Shown here: piece after piece, positions 1-10,295 of the stretch
Layout: the number at the start of each line of letters is the position of its first letter
Position numbering within the stretch: position 1 is the stretch's first letter
Source of the DNA: a virus
Lineage: Duplodnaviria; Heunggongvirae; Uroviricota; Caudoviricetes
IMG/VR virus record: IMGVR_UViG_3300025430_000014
Span: 30,682-94,681 of that record
Direction: 5' to 3' (one strand)
DNA length: 64,000 nucleotides
The notes under the pieces: model-generated
Told to the model about the DNA's origin: nothing
Databases searched by the model: none
What the model saw: the letters and a program-made list of their open reading frames with translations, nothing else
Position numbers and translations under genes: made by a program

Positions 1-3000
1 TATAAAGCATTAGTTTTAGCACTTATTATACTATTACCAGTTGCTGGGTTAGTTCTAAAATCACCATATGCTGTACTACCATCAGATCCTCCACTATAAA
101 ATCTAAAAGCATTTGCTAAAATAGTAGTTCCATTTGTTTGTACACTACCATTGAAATATTTACCAGATGTAGCAAATGTTGATATACTACTATTAATTTC
201 AGAGTTTAATACTGTTGATGTATTAGTATTATAATAAGCTACATATTGTAATTCGTATGATCCTGTTGACCTAATATATCCTTCAAAAGTAATAGATACA
301 GATGATGTTACATAATTAGGTATTAAGGCCATATATTTAACACCACCATATGTACAAGTGACTAATTGACCAAGAGATACATTTGATTCTAAAGTTCCTA
401 CAGTACCATTGTATGCAGATTGAGTGTTAACATCATATGTTGAAACAATACATCCTTGATAGGGTGCACCTCTAGTTACATAAAATGTTCCAAAACAAGC
501 ATTGTAATCTAATAGAGTTCCATTATATATTGGATGAAGAAGTATTACATATTGAAGATAATCTCCAGTTCCTCCATTTATATTTCTATTTATATCTTTT
601 TTTACTGAATATCCAGAATCTCCCCATGTACCACCGTATACTGTTAATGGGGCAGTTGGTGCTGTAGTACCTATTCCTACGTTACCTGATGTATTCCAAG
701 TTATTACAGGATTTAATCCTGTTGTTGAACCAAAACTTCCTGAACTTCTATATCCTAAATTATATGAATTACCTGTTGATTGATACCATACTGCATTACT
801 TGCGCTTCCGTTTGTTTCATAATAAACTTGTAAGGCTGCTGCATTACCTGCATAAACAAAACTTCCTGTTTGCACACTACTTGAGAATGTAGCTGCTCCT
901 GTATTAGATAATGTTGCAATTTTAGACCAACCTCCATTATAAGCCCAATAATCTAAACCATAAGAAGCATTTAATTGTTGAAGTATTTGTTGAGATGTAC
1001 CTGATTGTACTAATGTCATATACGACCCTACTCCGACCGAATTGTTTCCTGTTTTTACTACAGCAAGAGAGTTTGAAGCACTTATATCTACTGCACTTAC
1101 ACTACTTGAGAATGTAGCTGCTCCTGTGGATGCTAAACGTAAAGCACCTGTTCCATCATTTACTGCAAATGAAATTCCATTATATCCTCTAATTACTGCA
1201 TCATTTGCTAATGAATTAGTTGAATAGTTCCCATTTGCAGAAGCATAGGCAAAATAAGTATTTACACTTCCATTTGTTATTATGTAAGAACCATAAGTTG
1301 AACTTTTCGTAATTGTAACATCTCCACTAAATCTTCCTGTACCATTAACATCAAGTTTGTAGCCTGCGTCTGTAGGGCTTGCTCCATATCCTATTGAAAT
1401 ATCTCCTCCACTAAAAATACGCATTCTTTCGGCTGATGAAGTAACTCCAAACCTTATATCATTATTACCATCAAGCATTGTGGCAGCAGTTGCAGAAGTT
1501 ACATCATAACCTAATAAAATACCTCTATCTGCTGCTGTTCCCGAACCTGTTAATAAATTTATACCTGCACCTATATAAAATTGATGTGCTGAACCTACGG
1601 CATCTAATAAAATACCATTTTGAGTAGTACCTCCTAATATTTCTAATTTAGCTGATGTTGTTGCATTTATAGTTAATGGACTTGCAGGACTTGTAGTACC
1701 TATTCCTATGTTAGTGCCATTATCATATATTATACTATTGCCTATTGTTGTACTTCCTGTAAACTTAGCTACATAGTTTGTTGTACCACTTATTGTACCA
1801 GCACCAGAGCTTCCTGAGCTTCCTGACGTACCTGCAGAACCACTTGTTCCTGAAGATCCACTGGATGCTGAGGTACCAGAAGAAGCAGATGTACCACTAG
1901 ATGCTGAACTACCTGAAGACCCACTGGTTCCTGAGCTTCCTGAAGTTCCAGAGGAACCATTGGTTCCTGATGTTCCATTAACACCTGATATTCCTGAACT
2001 GCCTGATGTACCATGTGTACCAGATGAAGCACTCGTTCCACTACTTCCTGAGGTTGCACTTGTTCCAGAAGATCCTGATGATCCTGATGTACCTGCACTT
2101 CCAGATGTTCCTGCAGAACCTGAAGTTCCATTAGAACCACCAGTTCCTGCACTTCCTGATGTACCATTAGAGCCAGCTGTACCAGAGCTTCCACTAGATC
2201 CAGATGTAGCTGATGTACCTGAAGATCCACTTGATCCACTACTTCCACTAGAACCACTTGTACCATTAGATCCATTAGTACCTGATGTACCACTAGAGCC
2301 ATTAGTTCCACTTGATCCACTAGAGGCACTTGTACCAGATGAACCAGAGCTAGCACTAGTACCTGAGGACCCTGAAGATCCTGAAGAACCACTAGATGCA
2401 CTTGTTCCACTAGACCCAGAAGATCCACTAGAACCAGAAGTACCAGATGACCCACTCGTTCCACTAGATCCACTTGTAGCACTAGTTCCTGAACTTGCAC
2501 TAGATCCTGAAGAACCTGAAGTTCCTGAACTTCCATTAGTTCCACTTGTACCTGAAGTACCAGAAGGAGCTTGGAAAGAAGTGGTTATATAAGAATAGTT
2601 AGCTCCATCTTCTGTATAAAAGTTAAATACAATAGATGGACTTCCTGAATTATTTGCAAGAAGTTGAACATAAATTCTATCAGTGGCATTTAAAGTGGTT
2701 CCTGGATAGAATGAATCAAAATAATATGAAAATGTTGTAGATGTTTGAGATAGTTGTACTGTACCTGTTGTAAATAATAATGTACTTACACCACCTGTTG
2801 TATACTTGTACACGTTAGCGTATACAGTGATTTGTGATGCTTTATTACTATTACATGTAATGTTTAAATTAAATCCCCATACACCAGGAGGAATAGTTGT
2901 AGTATTTGGCACACCTGAATCAGTGGCATAAGTTGCCCAAAGTTGTGCTGAAGCATTTGCTGCTACAGTCACTGTAACATCTTGTTCAGCAGCTCCTGTA

Positions 3001-5258
3001 GCTATTGGAGATAATTCTTTATATGTAGGAGATCCAAAAGCTGTATTTGTATTTGTTGATTGGTTTATATAATATAACTGTCCACCACCTATACCATTTA
3101 CACCACTTGTTCCTGTAGTCCCAGAAGTCCCAGAAGTCCCACTACTTCCGCTTGTTCCACTGCTTCCTGAAGATCCACTACTAGCAGAAGTACCACTTGA
3201 TCCTGATGATCCACTAGTTCCTGAAGAACCAGATGTTGCTGAGGTACCACTTGAACCACTTGATCCTGAAGAGCCTGATGTAGCACTGGTCCCACTAGAT
3301 CCAGAGGTTCCTGTTGTTCCAGATGATCCACTTGTCCCAGTAGTACCTGATGTTCCATTTTTACCATTAAGTAAATAAGACCATCCCACTTCTGCACCAC
3401 CTAATATACTTCCAAGACCTTCTATATTAGATGAAAATATAACTGTCCATGTATTTGCAACAATATTATGTGTTACAGCATTTATAACCCAGATACCTCC
3501 TTGACCAGTACCTCCATAACGATTAGCTTGCATAATTGCACTATCTGGACCGTTCAAAGTAATCCATGATTGCAATTTGGTAAACCATGCATCTGTATTT
3601 GCACCTTGTGCATTTGTTGCATTAAATTCTACCTGTGTAATAGTTCCAATACCTCCACTTTGTGGTGTTGGATAAAAATACCCTGCTATTGGAGGTTCAG
3701 TTGTTGGATCAGAAATCCAAAGTAATACATTACCACCTTCAAGACCATCAATACCACTGGTACCACTTGATGCTGAAGTTCCACTAGAACCGTTTGTTCC
3801 AGAAGACCCACTAGTGCCACTAGAGCCTGAAGAACCATTAGTACCATTTGTACCTGATGAACCACTAGTTCCAGCTGTACCTGAGCTTCCTGCTGTACCT
3901 GCTGTACCTGAGCTACCATCAGTTCCAGAGGATCCTGAAGATCCACTAGTACCAGATGATCCATCAGTACCGCTTGTTCCTGAAGAACCATCAGTTCCTG
4001 ATGTTCCAGTGGTCCCACTGCTTCCAGAAGATCCTGATGATCCTGAAGAGCCAGAAGAACCATCAGTTCCTGTAGATCCACTGGATCCTGATGTACCACT
4101 AGAACCAGAACTTCCATCTGTACCTGAGGTTCCTGAAGAACCATCGCTACCTGAACTTCCGCTAGAACCATCAGTTCCACTTGTTCCTGCAGAACCTGAT
4201 GTTCCATTACTACCATCAGTTCCAGAGCTTCCATTTGTACCACTTATCCCAGATGAGCCATCTGTTCCTGTTGTACCACTTGAACCATTTGTACCTGATC
4301 TTCCAGATGAACCGCTTGTTCCACTAGAGCCATCCGTACCACTAGACCCATCAGTTCCTGTAGTTCCTGATGATCCTGATGATGCTGATGTTCCACTGCT
4401 TCCAGATATACCTGCAGAACCACTAGTTCCACTAGATCCATTAACACCAGCTGTTCCACTAGAACCATTGGTTCCAGATGAGCCTGATGTTCCACCAGTT
4501 CCTGATGTGCCAGAAGATCCTGAGCTAGCTGATGTCCCACTTGTTCCACTTGTTCCATTTCCACCTGCTGCACCAGCTAAGTTTATTATCCATGAATTAT
4601 ATGTACCAGAACCTTTAACTTCTGTAATATATAATGTCATGAGCCCTGTTAAAGGTTCATAACCTGCTACAGATCCTTCAAAATAATGATTATTATCAAA
4701 AGCAACTAATACAAATTGTGCAGTTGAATATGCTAGTCCTGGTTGTGTAACAAGACTAATACTACCACCAATCATTAATGATGATAAGTTTATACCTGTA
4801 GTGGATGTTCCTAAATATTTATCTCCACTAACTCCTGATGTTCCTGTTGTTCCTGATGTGCCGCTACTTCCACTAGAACCTGAAGTTCCTGAAGATCCAT
4901 TGGTACCATGAGTACCACTTCTTCCTGAACTACCAGATGATCCAGATGACCCAGAGGTACCATTTGTACCTGCTGTTCCAGAGGATCCTGAGGATGCTGA
5001 AGTGCCACTAGTTCCAGAAGATCCTGAAGTACCAGAGGTGCCTGATGTACCACTTGTACCATAACTAAGACCACTAGTACCTGAGGTACCAGATGTTCCT
5101 GCTACAGCAGTGTGTACAGCAATATTTATCTTTTGTAAAGCTAATTCTAGAGTATCATTGGTATTGACACCTATATATATCAAATCCTCACCCTCGTAAA
5201 ATACACAGGCAGAATCTAATAATACAGGGCAGGTTTTTGCAGAACATGTAACATTCAT
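1..5258 (-). CDS. Giant collagen-like tail fibre / receptor-binding protein. The start codon is in the window (ATG at 5258-5256) and the C-terminus runs off the window start, so >1750 codons lie inside the window. An N-terminal ~48-aa conserved fibre module (MNVTCSAKTCPVLLDSACVFYEGEDLIYIGVNTNDTLELALQKINIAV) is followed by four Gly-X-Y repeat blocks separated by globular segments
   Basis: I translated the minus strand by hand from 5258 down: MNVTCSAKTCPVLLDSACVFYEGEDL...AVAGTSGTSGTSGLSYGTSGTSG. An in-frame stop lies at 5303-5301 upstream. The same frame (highest codon coordinate = 2 mod 3) reads GSSGTSGSAGTSGSSGSSG at 1801-1860 and TSASSGTSG at 3755-3779. The frame is still open at positions 1-60. 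The ORF track shows no ORF in this frame, probably because it is not closed inside the window. The track ORFs in the other frames (PEDPDDPDVP / QVLQDLVQ style) are shadows of this repeat. Confidence 0.8.
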   Translation of the reverse strand, partial: MNVTCSAKTCPVLLDSACVFYEGEDLIYIGVNTNDTLELALQKINIAVHTAVAGTSGTSGTSGLSYGTSGTSGTSGTSGSSGTSGTSASSGSSGTAGTNGTSGSSGSSGSSGRSGTHGTNGSSGTSGSSGSSGTSGTTGTSGVSGDKYLGTSTTGINLSSLMIGGSISLVTQPGLAYSTAQFVLVAFDNNHYFEGSVAGYEPLTGLMTLYITEVKGSGTYNSWIINLAGAAGGNGTSGTSGTSASSGSSGTSGTGGTSGSSGTNGSSGTAGVNGSSGTSGSAGISGSSGTSASSGSSGTTGTDGSSGTDGSSGTSGSSGRSGTNGSSGTTGTDGSSGISGTNGSSGTDGSNGTSGSAGTSGTDGSSGSSGSDGSSGTSGTDGSSGSSGTSGSSGSTGTDGSSGSSGSSGSSGSSGTTGTSGTDGSSGTSGTDGSSGTSGSSGSSGTDGSSGTAGTAGSSGTAGTSGSSGTNGTNGSSGSSGTSGSSGTNGSSGTSASSGTSGIDGLEGGNVLLWISDPTTEPPIAGYFYPTPQSGGIGTITQVEFNATNAQGANTDAWFTKLQSWITLNGPDSAIMQANRYGGTGQGGIWVINAVTHNIVANTWTVIFSSNIEGLGSILGGAEVGWSYLLNGKNGTSGTTGTSGSSGTTGTSGSSGTSATSGSSGSSGSSGTSATSGSSGTSGSSGSSGTSASSGSSGSSGTSGSSGTSGTSGTTGTSGVNGIGGGQLYYINQSTNTNTAFGSPTYKELSPIATGAAEQDVTVTVAANASAQLWATYATDSGVPNTTTIPPGVWGFNLNITCNSNKASQITVYANVYKYTTGGVSTLLFTTGTVQLSQTSTTFSYYFDSFYPGTTLNATDRIYVQLLANNSGSPSIVFNFYTEDGANYSYITTSFQAPSGTSGTSGTNGSSGTSGSSGSSASSGTSATSGSSGTSGSSGTSGSSGSSGSSGTSASSGSSGSSGSSGTSASSGSSGTSASSGSSGTNGSSGTSGTNGSNGTSGSSGSSGSSGSSGTSATSGSSGSSGTAGSNGTSGSAGTGGSNGTSGSAGTSGSAGTSGSSGSSGTSATSGSSGTSASSGTHGTSGSSGISGVNGTSGTNGSSGTSGSSGTSGSSGSSASSGTSASSGTSASSGSSGTSGSAGTSGSSGSSGAGTISGTTNYVAKFTGSTTIGNSIIYDNGTNIGIGTTSPASPLTINATTSAKLEILGGTTQNGILLDAVGSAHQFYIGAGINLLTGSGTAADRGILLGYDVTSATAATMLDGNNDIRFGVTSSAERMRIFSGGDISIGYGASPTDAGYKLDVNGTGRFSGDVTITKSSTYGSYIITNGSVNTYFAYASANGNYSTNSLANDAVIRGYNGISFAVNDGTGALRLASTGAATFSSSVSAVDISASNSLAVVKTGNNSVGVGSYMTLVQSGTSQQILQQLNASYGLDYWAYNGGWSKIATLSNTGAATFSSSVQTGSFVYAGNAAALQVYYETNGSASNAVWYQSTGNSYNLGYRSSGSFGSTTGLNPVITWNTSGNVGIGTTAPTAPLTVYGGTWGDSGYSVKKDINRNINGGTGDYLQYVILLHPIYNGTLLDYNACFGTFYVTRGAPYQGCIVSTYDVNTQSAYNGTVGTLESNVSLGQLVTCTYGGVKYMALIPNYVTSSVSITFEGYIRSTGSYELQYVAYYNTNTSTVLNSEINSSISTFATSGKYFNGSVQTNGTTILANAFRFYSGGSDGSTAYGDFRTNPATGNSIISAKTNAL
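1790..2575 (-). repeat. Collagen-like (Gly-X-Y)n coding repeat block D (~260 aa), with occasional Gly-to-Ala interruptions (e.g. GTSATSGS)
   Basis: Translation of 2041-2102 gives GSAGTSGSSGSSGTSATSGS. Shadow ORFs 1790..2545 and 1960..2592. Confidence 0.75.
3100..3365 (-). repeat. Collagen-like (Gly-X-Y)n coding repeat block C (~85 aa)
   Basis: Same periodic codon pattern; shadow ORF 3098..3400. Confidence 0.7.
3750..4575 (-). repeat. Collagen-like (Gly-X-Y)n coding repeat block B (~270 aa)
   Basis: Hand translation gives Gly at every third residue. The shadow ORFs 3686..4243, 3814..4662 and 4244..4573 mark the low-complexity extent. Confidence 0.75.
4830..5080 (-). repeat. Collagen-like (Gly-X-Y)n coding repeat block A (~80 aa; X/Y mostly Ser/Thr/Ala)
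   Basis: 9-bp periodic ggw wcw gat/agt pattern; translation GTSGTSGTSGLSYGTSGTSG... Confidence 0.75.
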
Positions 5259-5372
5259 AGTAATAGGTATGTATGTAAAACAAAAAATGCACAGAGTGCA
5301 CTAATTGTAACAAAAGTAGTTAAAAAATCCATCTATCCAATGGGTGACAGCAAACTATGCTACATAATATAG

Positions 5373-8300
5373 CTATTCTTGTCTAGATTGGGTGGTTGTT
5401 TTTACACCCTCTGCTTTAGATATGTCAGGGAAGAAATAAGGAAGCCATTCGTTCTGTACCTGGTTTGCAGCAGGGAACATATCAACAAAATATTTTGTAG
5501 GATGGGTATGGTCCATAAGCTTTTGATCACCTATAGCTTCTGCATATCCTAATGTAGATGCTGCTTTAATAAACTTAGCAGCTTCTCCTAATATACCTAT
5601 AGCAGGAAGGAAAGATCCTTTTGCCATATTTTGGAATGAAAGAGGATTATAATAGAAAGCTAACCTATCTGAAAGTTTATTTGCAAGCTTTGCCCAGAAG
5701 TTATATTTATTCTTATCAGGATCATTTGATCCAGGAGCAGCTGCACCCACTGCAAATATAAGTCCCATAAGTCCTACTAATACACCTAGTTCTTTTGTTT
5801 GATTAACAAGCTCACGTCTCATTAAATCATAGAATTCTTCTTTTGTAATTTCTAGTTCCTTGCCTTGTTTCTTAAAATAATCATCTTTTTTCTGTTGTAA
5901 TATTTCATCCATTATCTTAAGCCCCTTATCTGTACCTGTCATAACATCTATCATTCTTGCTATTCCTGTAAGTCCTACATGAGCCCATGTCTTAAGGAAA
6001 GCTCTAGCTCTACCATATTCCCAACTTTCTGTTTCTAAATTTCTTTGTATATCACCAGTTCTAGTTTCTATACCTTTAGGAATCCAGTTTCTAAACATCA
6101 CAAAACTTCTCATCAATGTATCTCTTCTATATCCAGCTTTATCATCTTCACTCATTAGATCTCCCACCTTTCTACCAAAACTAGTAACCATTGTTCTATA
6201 TTTTGCTAATGCTTCATCAGAAACACCAGGGATTTCTATAGAATGATCTTTCACTTGAGCTATGTTAGTGAGTGATTCTTTTTCTTTTAATTCCTTCACT
6301 CTAGCTTCAAATGTTCTTTCTAAAGCTCTTCTCTCTTCTTGTGTTGCTTTATATTTTACAGCTCTATCTTGTGCACTCACATAGTCTCTAATGTTTACAA
6401 TCTTTCCATTTCTCACCATTGAGTTATCATTGAAAGCTAATGCATTTGTAATCTGAAGCTTTTTAGCAGCAAATGATGCAGTTGACATTAGAACATCATT
6501 AAATGACCAAGCTGCCATGTAATTATAAAGTCCTTGCTTAGATGCAATCTCTCTTCTTTTTTCTGTAGAAAGATCATCTGTAAGAGGAACTATTTCATTT
6601 AATAATAATTTCTGTGCAATAGAAAGTCCTCCTGGAATTACAGCCTTGATATGGTTTCTTTCCCAGTCTGCAAATGTATAGAACTGTCCACTATTAATAA
6701 ATCCTTGGAAGTGTGTACTTAAATAGTGAGGTGCTGCAACTAAAAGCTTTAATCCTACAGCTTGTGCTTGTATGAGTTTATTAGAGTTTCTTAATAGTTT
6801 TTGTGCAGATAGTTGTCTCTGTTCAGCAGTATCACTATCCTTGGCAAACTTTTCAGTGATGCTTTTTATACTAACATTACCTATGGAAGAAAGATTTTCC
6901 TTTAGTCCATATATACCATCATCAATAATTGTCTGTAGTATCTCAGCATTTTTATTACTACTGTAGTCAATCTTAGGAGCACCATTTTCAAATACAATAT
7001 TACCATTTTGATCCACCACCACATGTCCTTTATTTTTCTCAACATTATATAGTGTAAGAAGTGTATTCTCTATTTGTTTATTAGCTTCATATTCTATTAA
7101 TGCTTTAATCCAAAGAGTACCCACCTTATTAAGATCTGTAGATAATTGAGATATTGCTCTATCTGTACGAGTGAAAGGTTTAGGTATTTCTTTTCTAAGT
7201 GTATGAGTTTCTGGATCTAACTTAGAATAATCTCTTGCTTCACTAACTCTTACAGTGTATGCATCCTTAAACAAATCTTTTGCCTCAGCAAGTTTATCAC
7301 CTGAATTAGCTAGTCTTTGTAATGTAGATGCTTCTATTAATGGGAAGAAAGAACTTCCTTTATTAGATAGATAACCTGCAGCAATTCCTCTATTATTCAA
7401 TGCTGTTAGAAAATTCCACATATCTAAAGCATTCTTACTCTTAGACATTTCTACATACTCTTGAGAGAGATGTTTACTTTCTAACATGTTCTTTTTGAAC
7501 AAATCATTAAATTGCCATTCTCTATATCCATTGAATGATGTACGTGTAATATCTAAACTGTTCTTTAGTTTATTCTTTTGACCATCTCTTCTTTTCTCAT
7601 TCTGCTCATCATCTTGTGAAAACACTGTATCATCAATATCTTTAATTCCTTTATTAATAATATCAGTTGCTTGTTTCATGTAAGCATCTACATCCATATT
7701 ATCTAAAAAGAATTGCTTGTCTTTGTTAGTCTTTGCATTCTCACTATCCTCATAAAACTTTTTACTAATCTTCTTAATTAGTTCAATATTATTCTCACTA
7801 ACTTTACCCACCATACTAAAAGCAGATTTTCCACGAGCATCAGCTTCTTTTTGTAATGGAATAAGTATGTTACTAAAATCATCAATTAGTCTACTAGAAT
7901 GTATATTGATAATACTCTTAGAGTTCTGAACTAAATTAGAACCAAGCTTAACCAAGTTAGCAGGAAGTTTAGATCCTTCTTTAAATGTCCTAGTTAATCC
8001 ATCAACTTCTTTCTCTGCATCTAGAGCACTATATTTAGTATCTTCTGTTGTAAGTCCTTCTTTTAGAGCAAGTTGTACAACAAATTCTCTTTGTAGATCA
8101 TTGATTTTGGTCATCATCCTTTTTGTGGATTCACCTATTGCATCAAGTCTAGAAAGAGTGGCTTGGTCTTCTTTACTCATTCCTTCCTTAGGAAACTGTG
8201 ATAGGAATGTCTCACTTAAGGTTGTATATTTCTCAGCACTGTTTTTAATCTCTAATAAGTTTGCTAGCTTATTATTTATATCATCTTTAGATAACTTAGT

Positions 8301-10295
8301 GTAGTCTATGTTTTCAAAACTCTTAAATGTTTCACTAGCATCTTTTAAGAAGTTCACACCCACATTAGTTAATGGAGCAAAGTTTAGCTGCACTTGTAAA
8401 TGACGAGTGGCTTTAGAAAGTTCTTGCAGTCTTAGAAATTTCTTAAACTTATCTTCAGCAGCAGTGTCTGCTTTATAAAGTTTTTCATATTGAGCATTCA
8501 AAGAAGTTACAAGCTCATTTATTCTTTTGTTTCCTGTATTTTCTGTATTAATAGGAACAGGAAGTAAGTATGTTTTAGTTTCTTTTACATTATCAAACTT
8601 ACCCACCTCAATAGAAGATAGAAGTAGTTTGCTTTTATTATCACCTTTTATAGAGTTTCTATAGTTAGCAATAAATGGAACCATTCTAGCTCTTCTCAAC
8701 TGATTAGGTTTAATCCCATAGTTATATAAGATTTTAGAATACTCTCCCATTTGCTCTTTCCATTCTTTTTTCTTTAATGGTTGAATATCTTCATTAGTGG
8801 TTTTATCTAAATTTGAGAACTTCCAGTCATATATATCCACTTTAATGCCAGTGGTTACATCTGGTGCAATTGCAATTAAATCTATTGTAGAAGCTAGCAT
8901 ACCTTTCACCTTTTCATTCACCACCTTTCTTTCAACAAGAAATCTTGTACCTTCAGGATATGAACTTACTAAATCTTCTATATATGATCTTACACTTTTT
9001 TGTATAGTGGAATTTAATGGACTATTAATAGTTGTATTAGTAAACACAGGTTTACGATAACCATCTTTATCAATCAAGTCATTAATTATTACATTCTCTA
9101 TAAACCCATGTCCTTGCAATCCCCATTCTTGCATCTGACTATCTTGATTCTTTTGAAAGTCAGTACGTTCAATGTTATTCTTACCCTTTACTTTTTCAGT
9201 AACACTTAATGCGATTTTCTTAACACCATCAAGTAAATAATGTCTTTTATCTGTAGCAGTGGCAGGATTTAATACTAAACGATTATCCATACCTGAAACT
9301 TTATCATAAAAGTCATCCACTTGATCTTTATTCAAGCTAAGATATACACCATCTTCTTTAATATCAGATACAGTTCCTTTCACCTTACCAGCAGCTATAT
9401 CTTTAGCTGTCTTACTAAATATATCTACATTACTTTTATTATATAAGCCTTTGACAAAGTCTAATACAGAATCCCAAAGTCTTTGAGCTAAGTTTCTATT
9501 AGCCTTTTCCACTGTAGTGGGTTGTTCTGTATTTCCTTCTGTTTGATTTACAATATGTCTTGTAATCAATTGATCTACAGCTTCTTTCTTTATCTTACGA
9601 ATATTTGGTTTACCATCAGATAATTGGTATTCTGGTCTAGTGCTATATTTATCAAACACTTCTTTATATATCTGATATTTACCAATCTCACTAATCATCT
9701 TAGTCATTAACTGAGGAGCAGTTTGTTCTACAATAGCTGTAGCTATGTGAACTACTTCTTCTGTTAATGCTGCATTTTCTCTACCAACAGCAAGTGCTAC
9801 AACACCTCTAACAGTATCTGCAACACCATTCACTCCATCAATATCAAGTCCAGTTTCTTTAGCATATTTATTTAAATCCTGGAAATCAATACCCATTTGC
9901 TTTCCAGCCTCTTTCATTATATTAAGAGTTTCTTGAGAAGCCTTAGATCCATATTCATCATTTAACTGAAAGAATTCACCTCTCTGTTCTGCTGTATATC
10001 CACCTCTTTCCATCTCAGCTCTTTGTTCTGGAGAAAGTTCTGTGGATTTTCTATTATACACATCTAGATATTTCTGTGCTAGTTCATTAGAAGGGTCAAT
10101 GGTAAAAGATCCTTTTTCACCTTCTTTTATTACTATATCTTTAAAATCTCTATTAATTTTACTAATAGATGCAGATGACTTACTGGGGTTTGGAAAAAAG
10201 CCAGTGGTATCTGAAAGGATAGCACCATCTTTAGCAAGACTAATCTTTACTGAATCTGTTATATCTTTCTTAATATCTAATAAACATTTTGCCAT
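5373..10295 (-). CDS. Giant virion protein (1640 aa), largely alpha-helical, function unknown. Candidate ejected/cargo protein
   Basis: Complete ORF. Its ATG overlaps the stop of the upstream 3755-aa gene (TAATG at 10293-10297). It sits in the giant-gene block. Confidence 0.85.
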   Translation of the reverse strand: MAKCLLDIKKDITDSVKISLAKDGAILSDTTGFFPNPSKSSASISKINRDFKDIVIKEGEKGSFTIDPSNELAQKYLDVYNRKSTELSPEQRAEMERGGYTAEQRGEFFQLNDEYGSKASQETLNIMKEAGKQMGIDFQDLNKYAKETGLDIDGVNGVADTVRGVVALAVGRENAALTEEVVHIATAIVEQTAPQLMTKMISEIGKYQIYKEVFDKYSTRPEYQLSDGKPNIRKIKKEAVDQLITRHIVNQTEGNTEQPTTVEKANRNLAQRLWDSVLDFVKGLYNKSNVDIFSKTAKDIAAGKVKGTVSDIKEDGVYLSLNKDQVDDFYDKVSGMDNRLVLNPATATDKRHYLLDGVKKIALSVTEKVKGKNNIERTDFQKNQDSQMQEWGLQGHGFIENVIINDLIDKDGYRKPVFTNTTINSPLNSTIQKSVRSYIEDLVSSYPEGTRFLVERKVVNEKVKGMLASTIDLIAIAPDVTTGIKVDIYDWKFSNLDKTTNEDIQPLKKKEWKEQMGEYSKILYNYGIKPNQLRRARMVPFIANYRNSIKGDNKSKLLLSSIEVGKFDNVKETKTYLLPVPINTENTGNKRINELVTSLNAQYEKLYKADTAAEDKFKKFLRLQELSKATRHLQVQLNFAPLTNVGVNFLKDASETFKSFENIDYTKLSKDDINNKLANLLEIKNSAEKYTTLSETFLSQFPKEGMSKEDQATLSRLDAIGESTKRMMTKINDLQREFVVQLALKEGLTTEDTKYSALDAEKEVDGLTRTFKEGSKLPANLVKLGSNLVQNSKSIINIHSSRLIDDFSNILIPLQKEADARGKSAFSMVGKVSENNIELIKKISKKFYEDSENAKTNKDKQFFLDNMDVDAYMKQATDIINKGIKDIDDTVFSQDDEQNEKRRDGQKNKLKNSLDITRTSFNGYREWQFNDLFKKNMLESKHLSQEYVEMSKSKNALDMWNFLTALNNRGIAAGYLSNKGSSFFPLIEASTLQRLANSGDKLAEAKDLFKDAYTVRVSEARDYSKLDPETHTLRKEIPKPFTRTDRAISQLSTDLNKVGTLWIKALIEYEANKQIENTLLTLYNVEKNKGHVVVDQNGNIVFENGAPKIDYSSNKNAEILQTIIDDGIYGLKENLSSIGNVSIKSITEKFAKDSDTAEQRQLSAQKLLRNSNKLIQAQAVGLKLLVAAPHYLSTHFQGFINSGQFYTFADWERNHIKAVIPGGLSIAQKLLLNEIVPLTDDLSTEKRREIASKQGLYNYMAAWSFNDVLMSTASFAAKKLQITNALAFNDNSMVRNGKIVNIRDYVSAQDRAVKYKATQEERRALERTFEARVKELKEKESLTNIAQVKDHSIEIPGVSDEALAKYRTMVTSFGRKVGDLMSEDDKAGYRRDTLMRSFVMFRNWIPKGIETRTGDIQRNLETESWEYGRARAFLKTWAHVGLTGIARMIDVMTGTDKGLKIMDEILQQKKDDYFKKQGKELEITKEEFYDLMRRELVNQTKELGVLVGLMGLIFAVGAAAPGSNDPDKNKYNFWAKLANKLSDRLAFYYNPLSFQNMAKGSFLPAIGILGEAAKFIKAASTLGYAEAIGDQKLMDHTHPTKYFVDMFPAANQVQNEWLPYFFPDISKAEGVKTTTQSRQE

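Noticed and set aside
485-1227. Small plus/minus ORFs 485..667, 689..892, 755..937, 1042..1227
   Set aside because: They lie inside the continuing minus-strand fibre ORF (frame open through position 1) and have AT-rich nonsense composition
1790-2592. Track ORFs 1790..2545 (-) and 1960..2592 (+), with LVQVQELVL-style and PDVPLEP-style proteins
   Set aside because: These are shadow frames of the Gly-X-Y coding repeat. The third minus frame gives clean GSSGTSG collagen-like sequence continuous with ATG 5258
3098-5074. Track ORFs 3098..3400, 3686..4243, 3814..4662, 4244..4573 and 4811..5074
   Set aside because: Same reason: alternative frames over collagen-like repeat blocks B, C and A of the giant fibre gene
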